DNA from: Macrostomum lignano
Lineage: Eukaryota
DNA length: 64,000 nucleotides
Reading direction: 5' to 3'
Assembly (NCBI GenBank): GCA_002269645.1
Contig: NIVC01001248.1
Location: forward strand, 1-64,000
Program-made: the position numbers and the translations under genes
The notes under the pieces: generated by a model
Database searches by the model: none
Told to the model about the DNA's origin: nothing
What the model saw: the letters and a program-made list of their open reading frames with translations, nothing else
Shown: positions 35,030 to 46,220 of the stretch, piece after piece
Position numbering within the stretch: the first letter of the stretch is position 1
Layout: each line of letters opens with the position of its first letter

Positions 35030-35525
35030 CCCGCAGCGAGGTTTTCCTGCAGCGAGGTTTTCCCGCAGCGAGGTTTTCCCGCAGGGTTTTTCCTGTCGGA
35101 ATTTCAAGTCAAATCCAATCGGATTTGAAATCTAGTCTAGTCTAGTTTTTAATCTAGTCTAGTTTATGTCTAGTCTAGCCTAGCCTAGCCTATTCTAGTC
35201 TAGTCTAGTCTAGGCTAGTTCTAATCTAGTCCAGCATTGTCTATAGACTGGATTTGACTTGAAATTCCGACAGGAAAACCCTGCGGGGAGGGAAAAACTA
35301 TCGCGGGACAACTTCGCCATGGGAAAAGCTCGGCGGGGAAATCTCGGCGGGGAAATCTCGGCGGGGAAATCTCGGCGGGGAAATCTCGGCGGGGAAATCT
35401 CGGCGGGGAAATCTCGGCGGGGAAATCTCGGCGGGGAAATCTCGACGGGGAAATCTGGGCGGGGAAATCTCGGCGAGGAAATCTTGGCGGGAAAACCTCG
35501 CTGCGGCAAAACCTCGCTGCGGGAA
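35030..35525. mobile_element. Foldback/palindromic non-autonomous DNA element with subterminal repeats
   Basis: Inner ~40-bp inverted repeat (35078-35117 vs 35249-35287) around a (CTAGT)-type spacer; outer inverted 'ccgcagcgaggtttt' units; a 14-bp tandem array (cggcggggaaatct) in the right arm. Confidence 0.7.
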
Positions 35526-36555
35526 AACTTCATGTGGGAAATTCTCAGTTTTATGAAAAAATCGGACGACCGGACGGACGAGAGGGATGATTAGATAGGC
35601 TAGTTAAATTTCTATGAAATGCCTACTTTTCCTCATTTTTCCTCTCCGGGCAACCCTTTGGTAGTGGTTTTTCTTTTTATTTAGGTTCTGAACAAGCAAG
35701 CTTTCAACCCTGGTTTTGCTCTTTGACTTTTCCTCTTTGATTTACTATGAATAGAAGGCTCGGGCAAAAGGCAAAGAGCAAAAGGTAGCCCTGGTGCCCT
35801 GGTGTTTAAAAAAAGAGAGAAAATCACACTTTTGGCACCCTGCTTGCTTTTTTCCTGCTTTAGACAAAACGATTTTGAGCTTTAAATATCCTGATTGAAT
35901 TGGCCATGTCATCAAGTGTAATAGAAATAGACTAACGTGATCTGGCACTTTCTATAAGCAGGCATTGTTTCTGTAAAATGCCGCGGTAAACAGCTGCCGA
36001 CTCAAAGCAAAACAGCCTACAATAAACTAATTTTGGTCCGTGAGCGCTTCATCATGATGAAGATTAAAGGCAATGATGAGGTCCAATTGATTTCCGTGCT
36101 TCTCGCCTTTCTCAAACAGAAAAAAATCAATTAGCAGCTTTGGCTTGTTTTTTAGCTTTGGTTTGGAACATCCAAGCCGCCACTCAGTAGACATTCGTGT
36201 GAGATTAAGGCAAACAAGTCATCCTCAGGAAATTGCATCTCTGAAGTTGCTATGTTTATAAAATTACATTCAATGCAATAGATTCTATCCGCATTAGAAA
36301 AAAGTGAAGGTCGAATGCCTAAATACTATGCTCTTCATCACTCGGCTGTTCAGTAGTCCACGTTTTAGAGCCCCAAGGGCAGCACGAGGGTTCTTGGCTA
36401 GCTGGTCGTTTCCTACTCTTGTTAAGGAAGGTAAGAGACGTTGAAAAACCTATATAGGCCATTGTAGAGAGCATGTCTGAAGAGGTAAGTCAGCTGATGG
36501 CTAAGCACACATTTTAAAACTCGTTTCTCGCACCAAAAAATCTACAAAAAACCAG

Positions 36556-37446
36556 GTGAGCTACTGCTGGGTGTCGTTCAGCGTAACCGTGAGGAACATG
36601 TGGACGGCCTGCATCAGCGTGTTCCGCTGTCTGGCCACCTTCAAGCCCATCGGCTTCCGCCGCTGGCTGACGCGCCGCTTCCAGCTGTGCGGCTTCGGCG
36701 TCCTGCTGCTGGTCGCGGCCGCCGCCGGGCCCGGCACCTTCGCCGCGTGGCGTCTGGCGGCCGGCGGCAGCGAGCGGTTCCTGGTGGACGTGATGCTGCC
36801 GCTGACAAGGACGCCTCAGACTTACCTGCCCGTGCCGCTGATCCTGCTGGCCTCCGGCGTCACCGCCGCTCAGCTGGCCGTCGCCAGGGGCAACCGGCCT
36901 GGCGAGGCTATCGACGCTTCTGGCGCAGCTAACCAACAGGCCGTGTCGACGAGTTCAGTCAGCTGCCTCACCGCTACCCGCATCGTGCTGGTGCTGGCGA
37001 TCTCATTCTCCATCTTTGAGCTGCCTGGCGCTATCTTCATCACATTCGAGCTGCACAAACAGCTTCCAGACTGGATGGTGCCCGTCAGCGACCTGCTGGT
37101 GACCATCGACAGCGCCTGCAGCTTCTTCGTGTTCTACGCGTTCAGCGCCAACTTCCGTCGCCAAGTCGGCCAGCTGCTGAACTGCGGACGCGCCCCGGCT
37201 CCGCCCAGCGCTGGACTCGGCGGCGTTGGCGTGGGTGGGGGAAGCGGCCTGGGTCTGAGCCTCATCCACGGAGCCGCAGGCGGTGATCTGTCATCGCTTC
37301 GACTGTTGGGCTCGCAAAATATCCCCGAAAGTCCGGCGCGGGGCCTGCCGGATCTGGCCGGCTCGTCTGACGCCTCTGAAGATGAAAGACAGCGCCAGGA
37401 GCTCCGTCTGCACTATCAGCGGCTATCGCAGTCTTACTTGCAGTAG
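36556..37446 (+). CDS. 7TM receptor copy C, exon 2; spliced product ~402 aa
   Basis: Acceptor 'aaaaaaccag' ending at 36555, phase 0, open to TAG. TM core near-identical to A/B; unique Gly-rich tail. The intron is ~5.8 kb and filled with transposable elements. Confidence 0.85.
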   Translation: MSYCWVSFSVTVRNMWTACISVFRCLATFKPIGFRRWLTRRFQLCGFGVLLLVAAAAGPGTFAAWRLAAGGSERFLVDVMLPLTRTPQTYLPVPLILLASGVTAAQLAVARGNRPGEAIDASGAANQQAVSTSSVSCLTATRIVLVLAISFSIFELPGAIFITFELHKQLPDWMVPVSDLLVTIDSACSFFVFYAFSANFRRQVGQLLNCGRAPAPPSAGLGGVGVGGGSGLGLSLIHGAAGGDLSSLRLLGSQNIPESPARGLPDLAGSSDASEDERQRQELRLHYQRLSQSYLQ

Positions 37447-37994
37447 TGTGTCACTGACGTGCTGCTCTGCAATTCAAATTTCGTTGCTTACTTGGCTTTT
37501 TATAGCTTTTGCACACGCGTTCACCTTGACTTGTTGAGATACGAGTTTTTAGAGATTAAATTAGGCATTCTACGCGATTTTCCTAATCATTAAAGATTAA
37601 CTGAGACGAAAATTAACGTGTATCACAAATATGCTCGTTTGTGGGTTCGTGCTTGACTTTTAAAACTCAAACATTTTTTTTGTTTTGCATTAATCCAAAC
37701 ACAAAATCTAGTAGGAATGTTTCAGCTACTTCGTTCTGAAAAAGAGCTAAAACTCTTTAGTCCTTGAACTACCGAGCTAACAAAGCACTGATTTCTAACC
37801 ATTCATCAATACCAACTTGCAACTCTTTAATTTAAATACACTCCAGTTTATTGTCCTAAGCACACTTGACTACTTTATTTAGCTGCAGGGGTATCTGGGC
37901 GTCGCCGCACATTCCGCTAAGCCCTGGCTTCAACGGGCAGCGGGTGCTGCGGTGTCGCGCAGGAAGATCCGGTGATGCCGGTGTTCACAGTAAA

Positions 37995-38312
37995 AATTGG
38001 GCTGCCCGGGCTGGGGGGTAGAGATTTTGGTGGAAAGGCGCGGTCGGAGGGGTTCAGCTTCATTGGGCTGCCGGGCTGGGGGTAGAGATTTTGGTGGAAA
38101 GGCGCGGTCGGAGGGGTTCAGCTAGAGGGAGGGGGTACGAACCAATAGAAATTGGGCTGCCGGGCTGGGGGTAGAGATTTTGGTGGAAAGGCGCGGTCGG
38201 AGGGGTTCAGCTAGAGGGAGGGGGTACGAACCAATAGAAATTGGGCTGCCGGGCTGGGGGTAGAGATTTTGGTGGAAAGGCGCGGTCGGAGGGGTTCAGC
38301 TAGGGGGAGGGG
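37995..38312. repeat. ~89-bp G-rich tandem repeat (~4 units, first two shorter)
   Basis: 'aaattgggctgccgggctgggggtagagattttggtggaaagg' at 38149 and 38238, with earlier partial units. Confidence 0.88.
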
Positions 38313-39021
38313 TACAAGCTAGTGAATGAGTCTTGTCTTAAAATGCATTAAGATTCCTTAGTTTAACTTTCTACTGAACTGAAAGCACTTTGCACGCAAC
38401 TTTATGTGATCTGGTTTTTTATTGTATCGTCGGATCGTAGATTTTAATCCATTATAAACCCGCTTTTGTTAGAGAAAAAATTATTTTTGTCCACTATTTT
38501 TTAAAGTTTATTCAATGTTTTTTAACTGTTCTGGATATCGTTATCAGTTATCACGCCTAGTTACTTCGGCACTGGCAAGAATTAAAAGTTTAAAACTATT
38601 AGTATAATATTAACAATAAAAATTGGTCACACCACTCTACGACGTAAAAGCTACGAGCTATATTGAAGATTATATAAACAGCTAGAACATTTCTTTTTAG
38701 ATATTATTTGTAATACTTGTGCTACACTTTAAAATTTGCTTAAAATTGCTTTTTTAAATGTTAAAATCGCATTAAAAGTGTACTGTCCAAAACAAGGTTC
38801 TGTAACAGTTTATGAAAATAGACTAAACTCGAAAAGTTCTGAACCAATTCTGGTTCTATAATTGATTAAAACTAAAATCTTCAGAAATCAAAACATGATT
38901 TTACGAGTTAGCCATAGACAACATACGCCTCATCAGAAAAATAGTCCTCAACTTATACATAGTCTAGAGTGCTCATCTGTCAGACGTCAGTGGCAGAAAT
39001 CTAGGAAACCAACCGCTAAAC

Positions 39022-39341
39022 ATGGCGCCAAACCAGCAGTTCAGCATTGCAGCAAGCCTAGCGAACGGCACGGGCCTCGGCTGCAGCAGGACTTGCATCG
39101 CGGTGCGGGCCGTCACCATTCCCGTGGCAGCCGCTGGCCTGTTGCTCAGCTGCCTGTGGCTGCTCATACTGATTGGCAAGTACCGGCGCAACCCTGAGCC
39201 GGTCGACATCGGCCTCATCCTGATGCAGCTGGCCTTTACAAACTTTTGTCTGGCCGCCCTCTGCTATGTTGCCTTTGAACTGGCGCTGCTCAAGTCGGAC
39301 ACACTCGGTGGGCAAGCTTTAAGCATAATGTTTCGTTTGCT
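39022..39341 (+). CDS. 7TM receptor copy D (divergent paralog), exon 1
   Basis: MAPNQQFS...NGT...IAVRAVTIPVAAAGLLLSCL...DIGLILMQLA. GTAAGT donor at 39342; the exact 3' boundary and phase are ambiguous. Confidence 0.7.
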
Positions 39342-39504
39342 GTAAGTTTACATGTTTTTCGGCATGTCAATAAACACTACATGGATGTCACGGTTGCGCA
39401 CTAAAAATTTTGGCGACATTGAACACTTTTTGAGCAGCGATGACCTGAAGGGCCATTTTACCGCTCTGGCCTCCCTGCAGGGCGGTTGAATCCAAACAGG
39501 GCCC

Positions 39505-39750
39505 TGTGGATGGCCAGATGTGCAACCGCGGTACATCCGAAGGCTGCGTACGGTTGTTCAGTCCAAGGACTGAGGGGTCGCCACATCCAACCTCAATTAC
39601 CCCAGCTAATGCTGGCACCCATTTTACAGCTGGGTAAACTGAAGCAATGCAGAGTTAAGTGTCTTGCTCAAGAACTCAATTTGTTTCAGTAGGATCGGGA
39701 ATCGAACCCCCGACCTTCCAGTTGTCAGTCAGACGCTCTAACCACCCGGA
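39505..39750 (-). mobile_element. tRNA-derived CORE-SINE, copy 2 (in the intron of copy D)
   Basis: Reverse complement is homologous to 601-862 (GGTTAGAGCGT, GGGGGTTCGATTCCC, CORE segment, 3' 'ggttgcacatctggcc'). Confidence 0.85.
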
Positions 39751-40019
39751 TAGTTACCACCTATTGCAATTAGCCCTATATAGACACTGGCCAGACGTTT
39801 TCTATACCCCCGGACACATTCTAGAAGTAATACTCAAAGCGAATCCATGACACCAACATAATTTGGTACTCATCAACCCCATCATAACAACCTTTTGACT
39901 TTTGGCCCTTTTGACTTTTGGCCTTCCGGACGGTGTAAAGTGAGCTTCGATGAGTTTCTTTCCCAAAATCTGAGAAGCCATCGCGATGCCCAGCACTGGT
40001 GCTGTCCTGCCACCCACAG

Positions 40020-41594
40020 GCAATTTACTGCTGGTTCTTGCTCAGCCTCTCCCTGAAGAACCTGTGGATGATGTGCACCTGCCTGTTTCGCTTCATGGCT
40101 ATCTCCCGACCGATGAAATTTCGTCGATGGCTGACTTGCCGCATCCAGCTGTGCAGCTTCGCCGTCCTGCTGCTGGTCGCGAGCGCCGTTGTCTTTGGCG
40201 CTTTCGCCGGTTGGCGTCTGACGGCTGGCGGTAGCGAGCAGTTCCTGGTGAACACGATGCTGCCTCTGACAAGGACAACTCAGACTTACCTACCCGTGCC
40301 GCTGATCGTGCTGATCAGTGCTCTAACGGTAGCTGAGCTAGCCGCTGCCCGGGCCAACCGACCCGGCGATAATATTGCCTCGTTAAGTCCCTCATCCACG
40401 CACAGCTCAGGAGCGGACGCCAATACCAACGCGATTCCGGCCACAGAAGACCCAGTTGCAGCCGCAGCAGCTGCCGCAGCTGCATGCGAGAACGCAGCTC
40501 TCGCAGCTGCCGAATGCTTCAATGCCTCGGTTATGTCCAGCGAGGACGAAGACGGCAGTTCAACCAAAGCGATGACCGACGTTACTGACGCGATCGAAGC
40601 TGCTAGAGCTGCAGCCGCGGCCAATCAATACTCGGCCAAGGCTGCCAAGGCAGTTCGTGCTCTACCAGAGCGTGGCTCTGCCTCAACGACTTGCGCTCGC
40701 GCAGCCAAATCCGCTGACGCTGCCGCCGCAGCAGCCGCTAATTTCGCCACAGCCGCCAGTGCATTGGCAACCGACTGCGCTTTCACCAAAGCTGCCAACG
40801 CTGCCGCGGCGGCTTCTGCCTCGGCTGTTGCGGCAGCCGCTGCCTCCAATGCTTTCGCATTCGAAGCTGCTATCTCTGCAGAATCAGCTGCTGTCACTGC
40901 AGCCGCTGCTGCTGCAGCCGCCGCTACCTCAGCCACCGCTGCCAACGTTTGCGCAGCGAAAGCATTGATCAAAACCGCTGCCACCGTCGCCGCCGCTGCC
41001 GCCGCGGATTCCAACGATATCGAAGCCGACTGTGCGGCGATTGCTGCCAAGGTCTACGCGTTCGCCGCTGATGATGCCACTGTCGCGACGGCAAATTACC
41101 AAGCAGCTGACACAGCGGGCGGAGTTGCTAGAAATTTCAACGCGATGGAGTCGCGCGCCGCCGCCAACTCCAGGCTGGCAGGCGCCGCTGCCGCTGCAGC
41201 CGTTGCCGCCACCGCAGCCGCAGCGGCAAATTCCAACGCAGTCGCAACGGCAGCCGCAACCGTCCAGGCCCGCAACTGGTGCAACACGCTGCTCATTGTT
41301 TGCCTGTCTGCTGGCACCATCGCAGCGCTGGAACTGCCTGGCGCTGTCATGGTGATTGTCCAACAGTTCCGCCCTCTGCAGGACTGGCTGGTGCCCGTCG
41401 ACGACCTGCTGGTGACCTGTCACGGCGCGGTTCACTTTGCAATTTTCGGCGCTTTTAGCGCCAACTTCCGAGGCCAGCTGCGCCAGCTGCTCCGCTGCCA
41501 GGCGAACAGAGACGCCCCTAAAAGCGGTCGCGACGGTCAACCTCGGCAGCAGGAGAATCGGCCTCTTGTGGGAACAAAGACTCGTCCCTCTTGA
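40020..41594 (+). CDS. 7TM receptor copy D, exon 2 with ~310-aa Ala-rich ICL3
   Basis: Acceptor 'cccacag' ending at 40019; 524 codons open. AIYCW...LFRFMAI, MLPLTRTTQTYLPVPLI, ALELPG and DDLLVT...FSANFR align with copies A-C. Confidence 0.75.
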   Translation, partial: AIYCWFLLSLSLKNLWMMCTCLFRFMAISRPMKFRRWLTCRIQLCSFAVLLLVASAVVFGAFAGWRLTAGGSEQFLVNTMLPLTRTTQTYLPVPLIVLISALTVAELAAARANRPGDNIASLSPSSTHSSGADANTNAIPATEDPVAAAAAAAAACENAALAAAECFNASVMSSEDEDGSSTKAMTDVTDAIEAARAAAAANQYSAKAAKAVRALPERGSASTTCARAAKSADAAAAAAANFATAASALATDCAFTKAANAAAAASASAVAAAAASNAFAFEAAISAESAAVTAAAAAAAAATSATAANVCAAKALIKTAATVAAAAAADSNDIEADCAAIAAKVYAFAADDATVATANYQAADTAGGVARNFNAMESRAAANSRLAGAAAAAAVAATAAAAANSNAVATAAATVQARNWCNTLLIVCLSAGTIAALELPGAVMVIVQQFRPLQDWLVPVDDLLVTCHGAVHFAIFGAFSANFRGQLRQLLRCQANRDAPKSGRDGQPRQQENRPLVGTKTRPS

Positions 41595-42051
41595 CTTACT
41601 CGAGTGCGCCAACACAATGCCGACTACTTACAGTTATAAGTAGTACAGCAGAGTGAAATACTTATTTTTTTGTTCCGGAACATTCGCAAACCGAAGCGCA
41701 ACTGATACTCAAACTGGTTAATCCGTAGAAACTCGTTCTGTGTAAATAATAACATTAAATTTTCAAAGGTGGCTCGGCTCATATTTACCGGTCACGCGGT
41801 ACAGAACCTTCTATCTTCTCAATGCTTTTTATAAAAGAAACCTGCGGGGCACACCTGTCACACTTTTCTTTCTATCTGACATCGGAACATGAGGAGCCTC
41901 CCATTCGGCACCTGGCAACTGTGCGCCCCATCTACTGTGGTTGATTAGATTTTTATAACATCCAGTTTGAGGTCAAATGACACACTAATACTTGCTACTT
42001 TAGAATCACCAACTTTCGGACCAGATAATGAGAAAATCTATTCACATTTAC

Positions 42052-42645
42052 TCACATCTACTCATATCTACTCACATCTACTCACATCTGCTCATATCTA
42101 CTCATATCTACTCAAATCTGCTCATATCTACTCACATCTACTCACATCTGCTCACATCTGCTCACATCTACTCATATCTGCTCATATCTACTCACATCTA
42201 CTCATATCTACTCACATCTGCTCACATCTGCTCACATCTACTCAAAACTACTCACATCTACTCGTATCTACTCATATTTACTCTTATCTACTCATGTCTA
42301 CTCACATCTACTTACAACTACTCACATCTACTCATATATACATATATCTACTCATATCTACTATATCTACTCATATCTACTCATATCTACTCATATCTCT
42401 CATATCTACTCACATCTACTCACATCTGCTCACATCTGCTCACATCTACTCATATCTGCTCATATCTACTCACATCTACTCATATCTACTCACATCTGCT
42501 CACATCTGCTCACATCTACTCAAAACTACTCACATCTACTCGTATCTACTCATATTTACTCTTATCTACTCATGTCTACTCACATCTACTTACAACTACT
42601 CACATCTCTTCGTATCTACTCATATCTACTCATACTTATATCTAC
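42052..42645. repeat. 10-bp minisatellite (ctcayatcta) with higher-order duplication
   Basis: Read directly. Confidence 0.95.
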
Positions 42646-42647
42646 TT

Positions 42648-44850
42648 GTGGCGGAAAAAGTTCATATTTATTCAGCCCTGAACACTGTAGCTCGTGAGGA
42701 AGGTTGTGGGGTGACGGCGCCTGACGAGTCGTCGGTTAAAGTCTCAGGTATGCAGTGGGCTCCGCAGAAGGATGCCTTCATTCTTTCGATTAGCGACCAC
42801 CCGGCAGCCAATCTTGCAAGAGAAAATTTGACTAAACGGGCAACGTTGTCGGCATTCTCCAAAACCTTCAACGCTCTGGGTCTTCTGTGTCCATTGCTGA
42901 CACGACCGAAGCTACTCTTTCAGCAGAGTTGCAAGCTAAAAATTTCCTGGGACGCGGTGCTACCGGAACCCTTACAAGGGCAGTGGATGGAATGTTTAAA
43001 ATATTTAAAAAGGTTGGTCAACTGAACTCAATAGGCGAGTCGTCAATGAAAGGCCGATTGCTACCGAGATCCATGGGTTTTGCGACGCGTCACAGTTAGC
43101 ATATGCGGCGTGCTTGTTCCTACTTTCCACATTCGAGTCGGGTGCGGTGCAAGTTTCTCTGTTAATGGGGAAGGTGCGTGTAGCCCCGATGTCTTCGACC
43201 ACAATTCCACGCCTGGAGTTATGGCTGCTCATGAGCTTGCGCAAGCAATCAGTGAGATTCGCGCAGAATATCCGGACTGCCCGATCGTCTGTTGGAGCGA
43301 CAGCATGGACGTCCTTTGGTGGCTCAAATCGAAGCACAAGCTGTGGAAACCTTTCATTCAAAACCGTGCAATCAAAATTCGTTCGATAGTCGCCCCGGAA
43401 TCATGGCGGTACTGTCCAGGAAAGGACAATCCAGCAGACATTGCTACGCGACCAGTAATCCCTAGGATGTTCACAGCAACGTCCTCCTGGTTTCGAGGTC
43501 CAACGTGGCTGTCTGAACTGGACCTGCACTGGCCAGAACAACCTGCGATGTGCGATCAGCATTCCATATCTAGAGAAGACGAGCCCAGCTGTTCGATAAC
43601 TCACGCGAGGACACCCGATGTTCAGCTACAGAGTCCACTCCATAATTGAGCTGCAACGGTTCAGCACCCTGACGAAACTGTTGCGCGTCACTGCTTGGGT
43701 GTTTCGCTTTATCAAGACAATCAAACAGAAGAGGCGAGAAAGCATCGGCGAGTTGACGGCTACGGAGTTGTTACAAGCGGAGGACTGCTGGATCAAGTCA
43801 CTGCAGGCACGAGATTTCAGTTTGGACATACGATGTCTCAAGGAGGGCACAGCCCGCACGCTGCTCAATTGTAATCTGTGGCTATTTATAGATCAAGGGG
43901 AGTCCTGCCAGGGGCTAACGAAATGGGCGGTCTCCTCCGCCTCCTCGCTGCATCCGCCGGACGCCCCCTGCAGCTAAGTCAAGTCAAGGGGGAGTCCTTC
44001 GCAGTGCAGGTCGACTCGGTGAGCCAAGCTCTCGACCCACCAAAAATCGCCGGTTCTCTGTCCGACAGACGTCGATTTCCAGCGGCTGTTGATCTGAGAG
44101 GCGCACCACAAGGTTGGTCATGGTGGTGTGGCAGCAACGTTACTCTGAATTCGCGAGAAATTCTGGCTCTTGAAGGGACGACAGAAAGCATGCAACACGT
44201 GCATACGTCTTCAAGGCCTGTCGTATAAGATCTCCCAAAAAGCGCAGTTACCTACGTCCCGTGCGTCACCGGGCAGAGCCTTCCAGCATGTTGGCCTCGA
44301 TTACTGCGGCCCCCTCATCTACCGCAGGGGGAGGATGACGGCCAACATAAAGCCTACATTCTATTGTTGACCTGTACTAGCACACCAGCAGTGCATCTCG
44401 AACTCGTCACTGACTTGACAACGCAGTCATTCCTTCTGAGCCTGAGACGCTCCTGTGTCCGCCGAGGTGTACCGTCAATTATCTCTGACAACTTCAAAAC
44501 CTTCCATGCGGCGGCCAGGCTACTGGATGCAGAAGAAGCTCCATTACGGACTCAAACAGGTCAATATTTTTTGAGCAGCCGCCGAGTCACTTGGACATTC
44601 ATTCCCGAGCGAGCTCCATGGATGGTAGGCTTCTACGAGAGACTGGTCGGCGTAGTGAAATCAGTGCTCAAGAAGACAATCGGAAGGGCATTCCTGACCG
44701 TCGAGGAGCTGTCGACAGTAATCTGTGAGGCGAAAGCGGTTGTAAACTCAAGATCGCTTGGTTTTGTGTCTTCCGGCGAGCAATCAGAAGTCATCACACG
44801 TGGCCATTTCCTCGTTCTGCGCCGCCTGACAAAAGAACCAGAGGACGAAG
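42648..44850 (+). mobile_element. Decayed BEL/Pao LTR-retrotransposon pol fragment (RT C-terminus, RNase H/Pao peptidase, integrase), several frameshifts and stops
   Basis: ISWD..LP, IHGFCDASQLAYAAC, KVRVAP...TIPRLEL, WSDS..VL.WL, WRYCPGKDNPADIATR, GLDYCGP, AVHLELV, IISDNFKTF, APWMVGFYERLVG. No LTRs found. Confidence 0.92.
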
Positions 44851-45474
44851 CGAAAGTTTGGCCAGTTCTCAGGCCAGTTCTTTGCCTCGACCAACTATGG
44901 CCAGTTCTTTGGCCAGAACTGGGTGGCCAGTTCTCAAAGTGGTCGAGCTGCTACGCATCTTCGACGGCCAGTGAAGTTGCTGGTACCACTGGAAGTCTGA
45001 CGTGTCGCTGGTGGTTTTTTGCTCGGCTGCTGGCTACGTCTAGTCGGTTTTCCTGTGTTCTTTTGGTCGTTTTGCTGGTGGCGTTCAGTCGGTTGTCGTT
45101 CAATGTCGGTGGCTGTGTGAGTGGTCGGTGGTCGGTCAGTCGGTTGGTTGGTGGTTCTCTGTCGTTGTTGTTCGGTGGTCGGTTTTGGTTGCGTCACGTT
45201 GGTTGTTTTTTCCCGTGGTTGGTGGTGTTTATCCTTACAGTCGCTTTAATTCTTGTTGTTTCGTGTCGGTTAGTTCTTGTTTATGTGGGCTGTGTTTGCT
45301 TTGTTTTTTCTCTTTTGTCGGTGATTGGTTTGCGTTTTCTGTAAGTTTGCAGTTTATTCACCGTTGGTTGATTTTCGTGCTTCTTCGGTTTTTTGTTTTT
45401 TTCGCAGTCCAATGTTTTAGCGCTGCAATATTTGTTTTTTATAACTTGCATTACTTTTCCTACTTCACCCTACT

Positions 45475-45720
45475 ATCTGAGAGTGACAGTAGGGTGACTA
45501 TATGAGAGTGAATATAGGGTGACTACATATATATAAGAGTGACAGTATAGGTGACTATCTGGGAGTGACAGTAAGGTGACGAGAGATACTGCAGGAATGG
45601 CTGACTCTATGGATGAGAAATTGAGGATAACTATAAAAGAGTGACAGGTGTGAGTGAGGACTAAGAGTGACAGTAAGAGTGATAGTAGTAGTGACTATAT
45701 GAAAGTGACTCGCTTATTAC
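45475..45720. repeat. Degenerate 'gagagtgacagtagggtgactata' repeats
   Basis: Recurrent gagtgac/gtgacta motifs. Confidence 0.6.
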
Positions 45721-46220
45721 AGTCACATAGGAACTTGAATTGGACAGTGAGAGTGACTTTTTGAGTTTGGCGACTTCATGGGGTTGACTACTAAGATCGG
45801 TGAGTTTGTTGAGCATAGCTGTCTCTTATCCCTCAGATTCAGATTCAGATGTGTCTTAGCAACTAATCTCTCAGGGGGGGGGGCGAATGGTGACAAGTTG
45901 CATTGTTCGGTAAATTCTGAGCATCTTCGTCTTGTACGCTGCTCAAAATGTCTGCCAAACTCATTAGAGTAATGGAGTTGTTAAGGGCCTATACCTACGA
46001 TTAATATGCCTGCTAGTACTTACGGAAGTATCATCATGACGAGCCTATTACTATATTGGACATTTATAAGTCGAGCAGGTCTGGGGATCGCTTACTACCT
46101 AAGAATCTATTTGCAGACTGTTTGGCAGCTGAAACGTTCCATTATCGAGTGCTTAGTCAGCTACACAGCACGCATTTTTAAAAACTCGTTTCTCGCACCC
46201 AAAACTCTACAAAAAACCAG

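Noticed and set aside
40286-41615. Antisense and alternative-frame ORFs over the receptor and PDZ exons
   Set aside because: Expected shadows of GC-rich, GCN-rich coding sequence; no independent motifs or splice signals.
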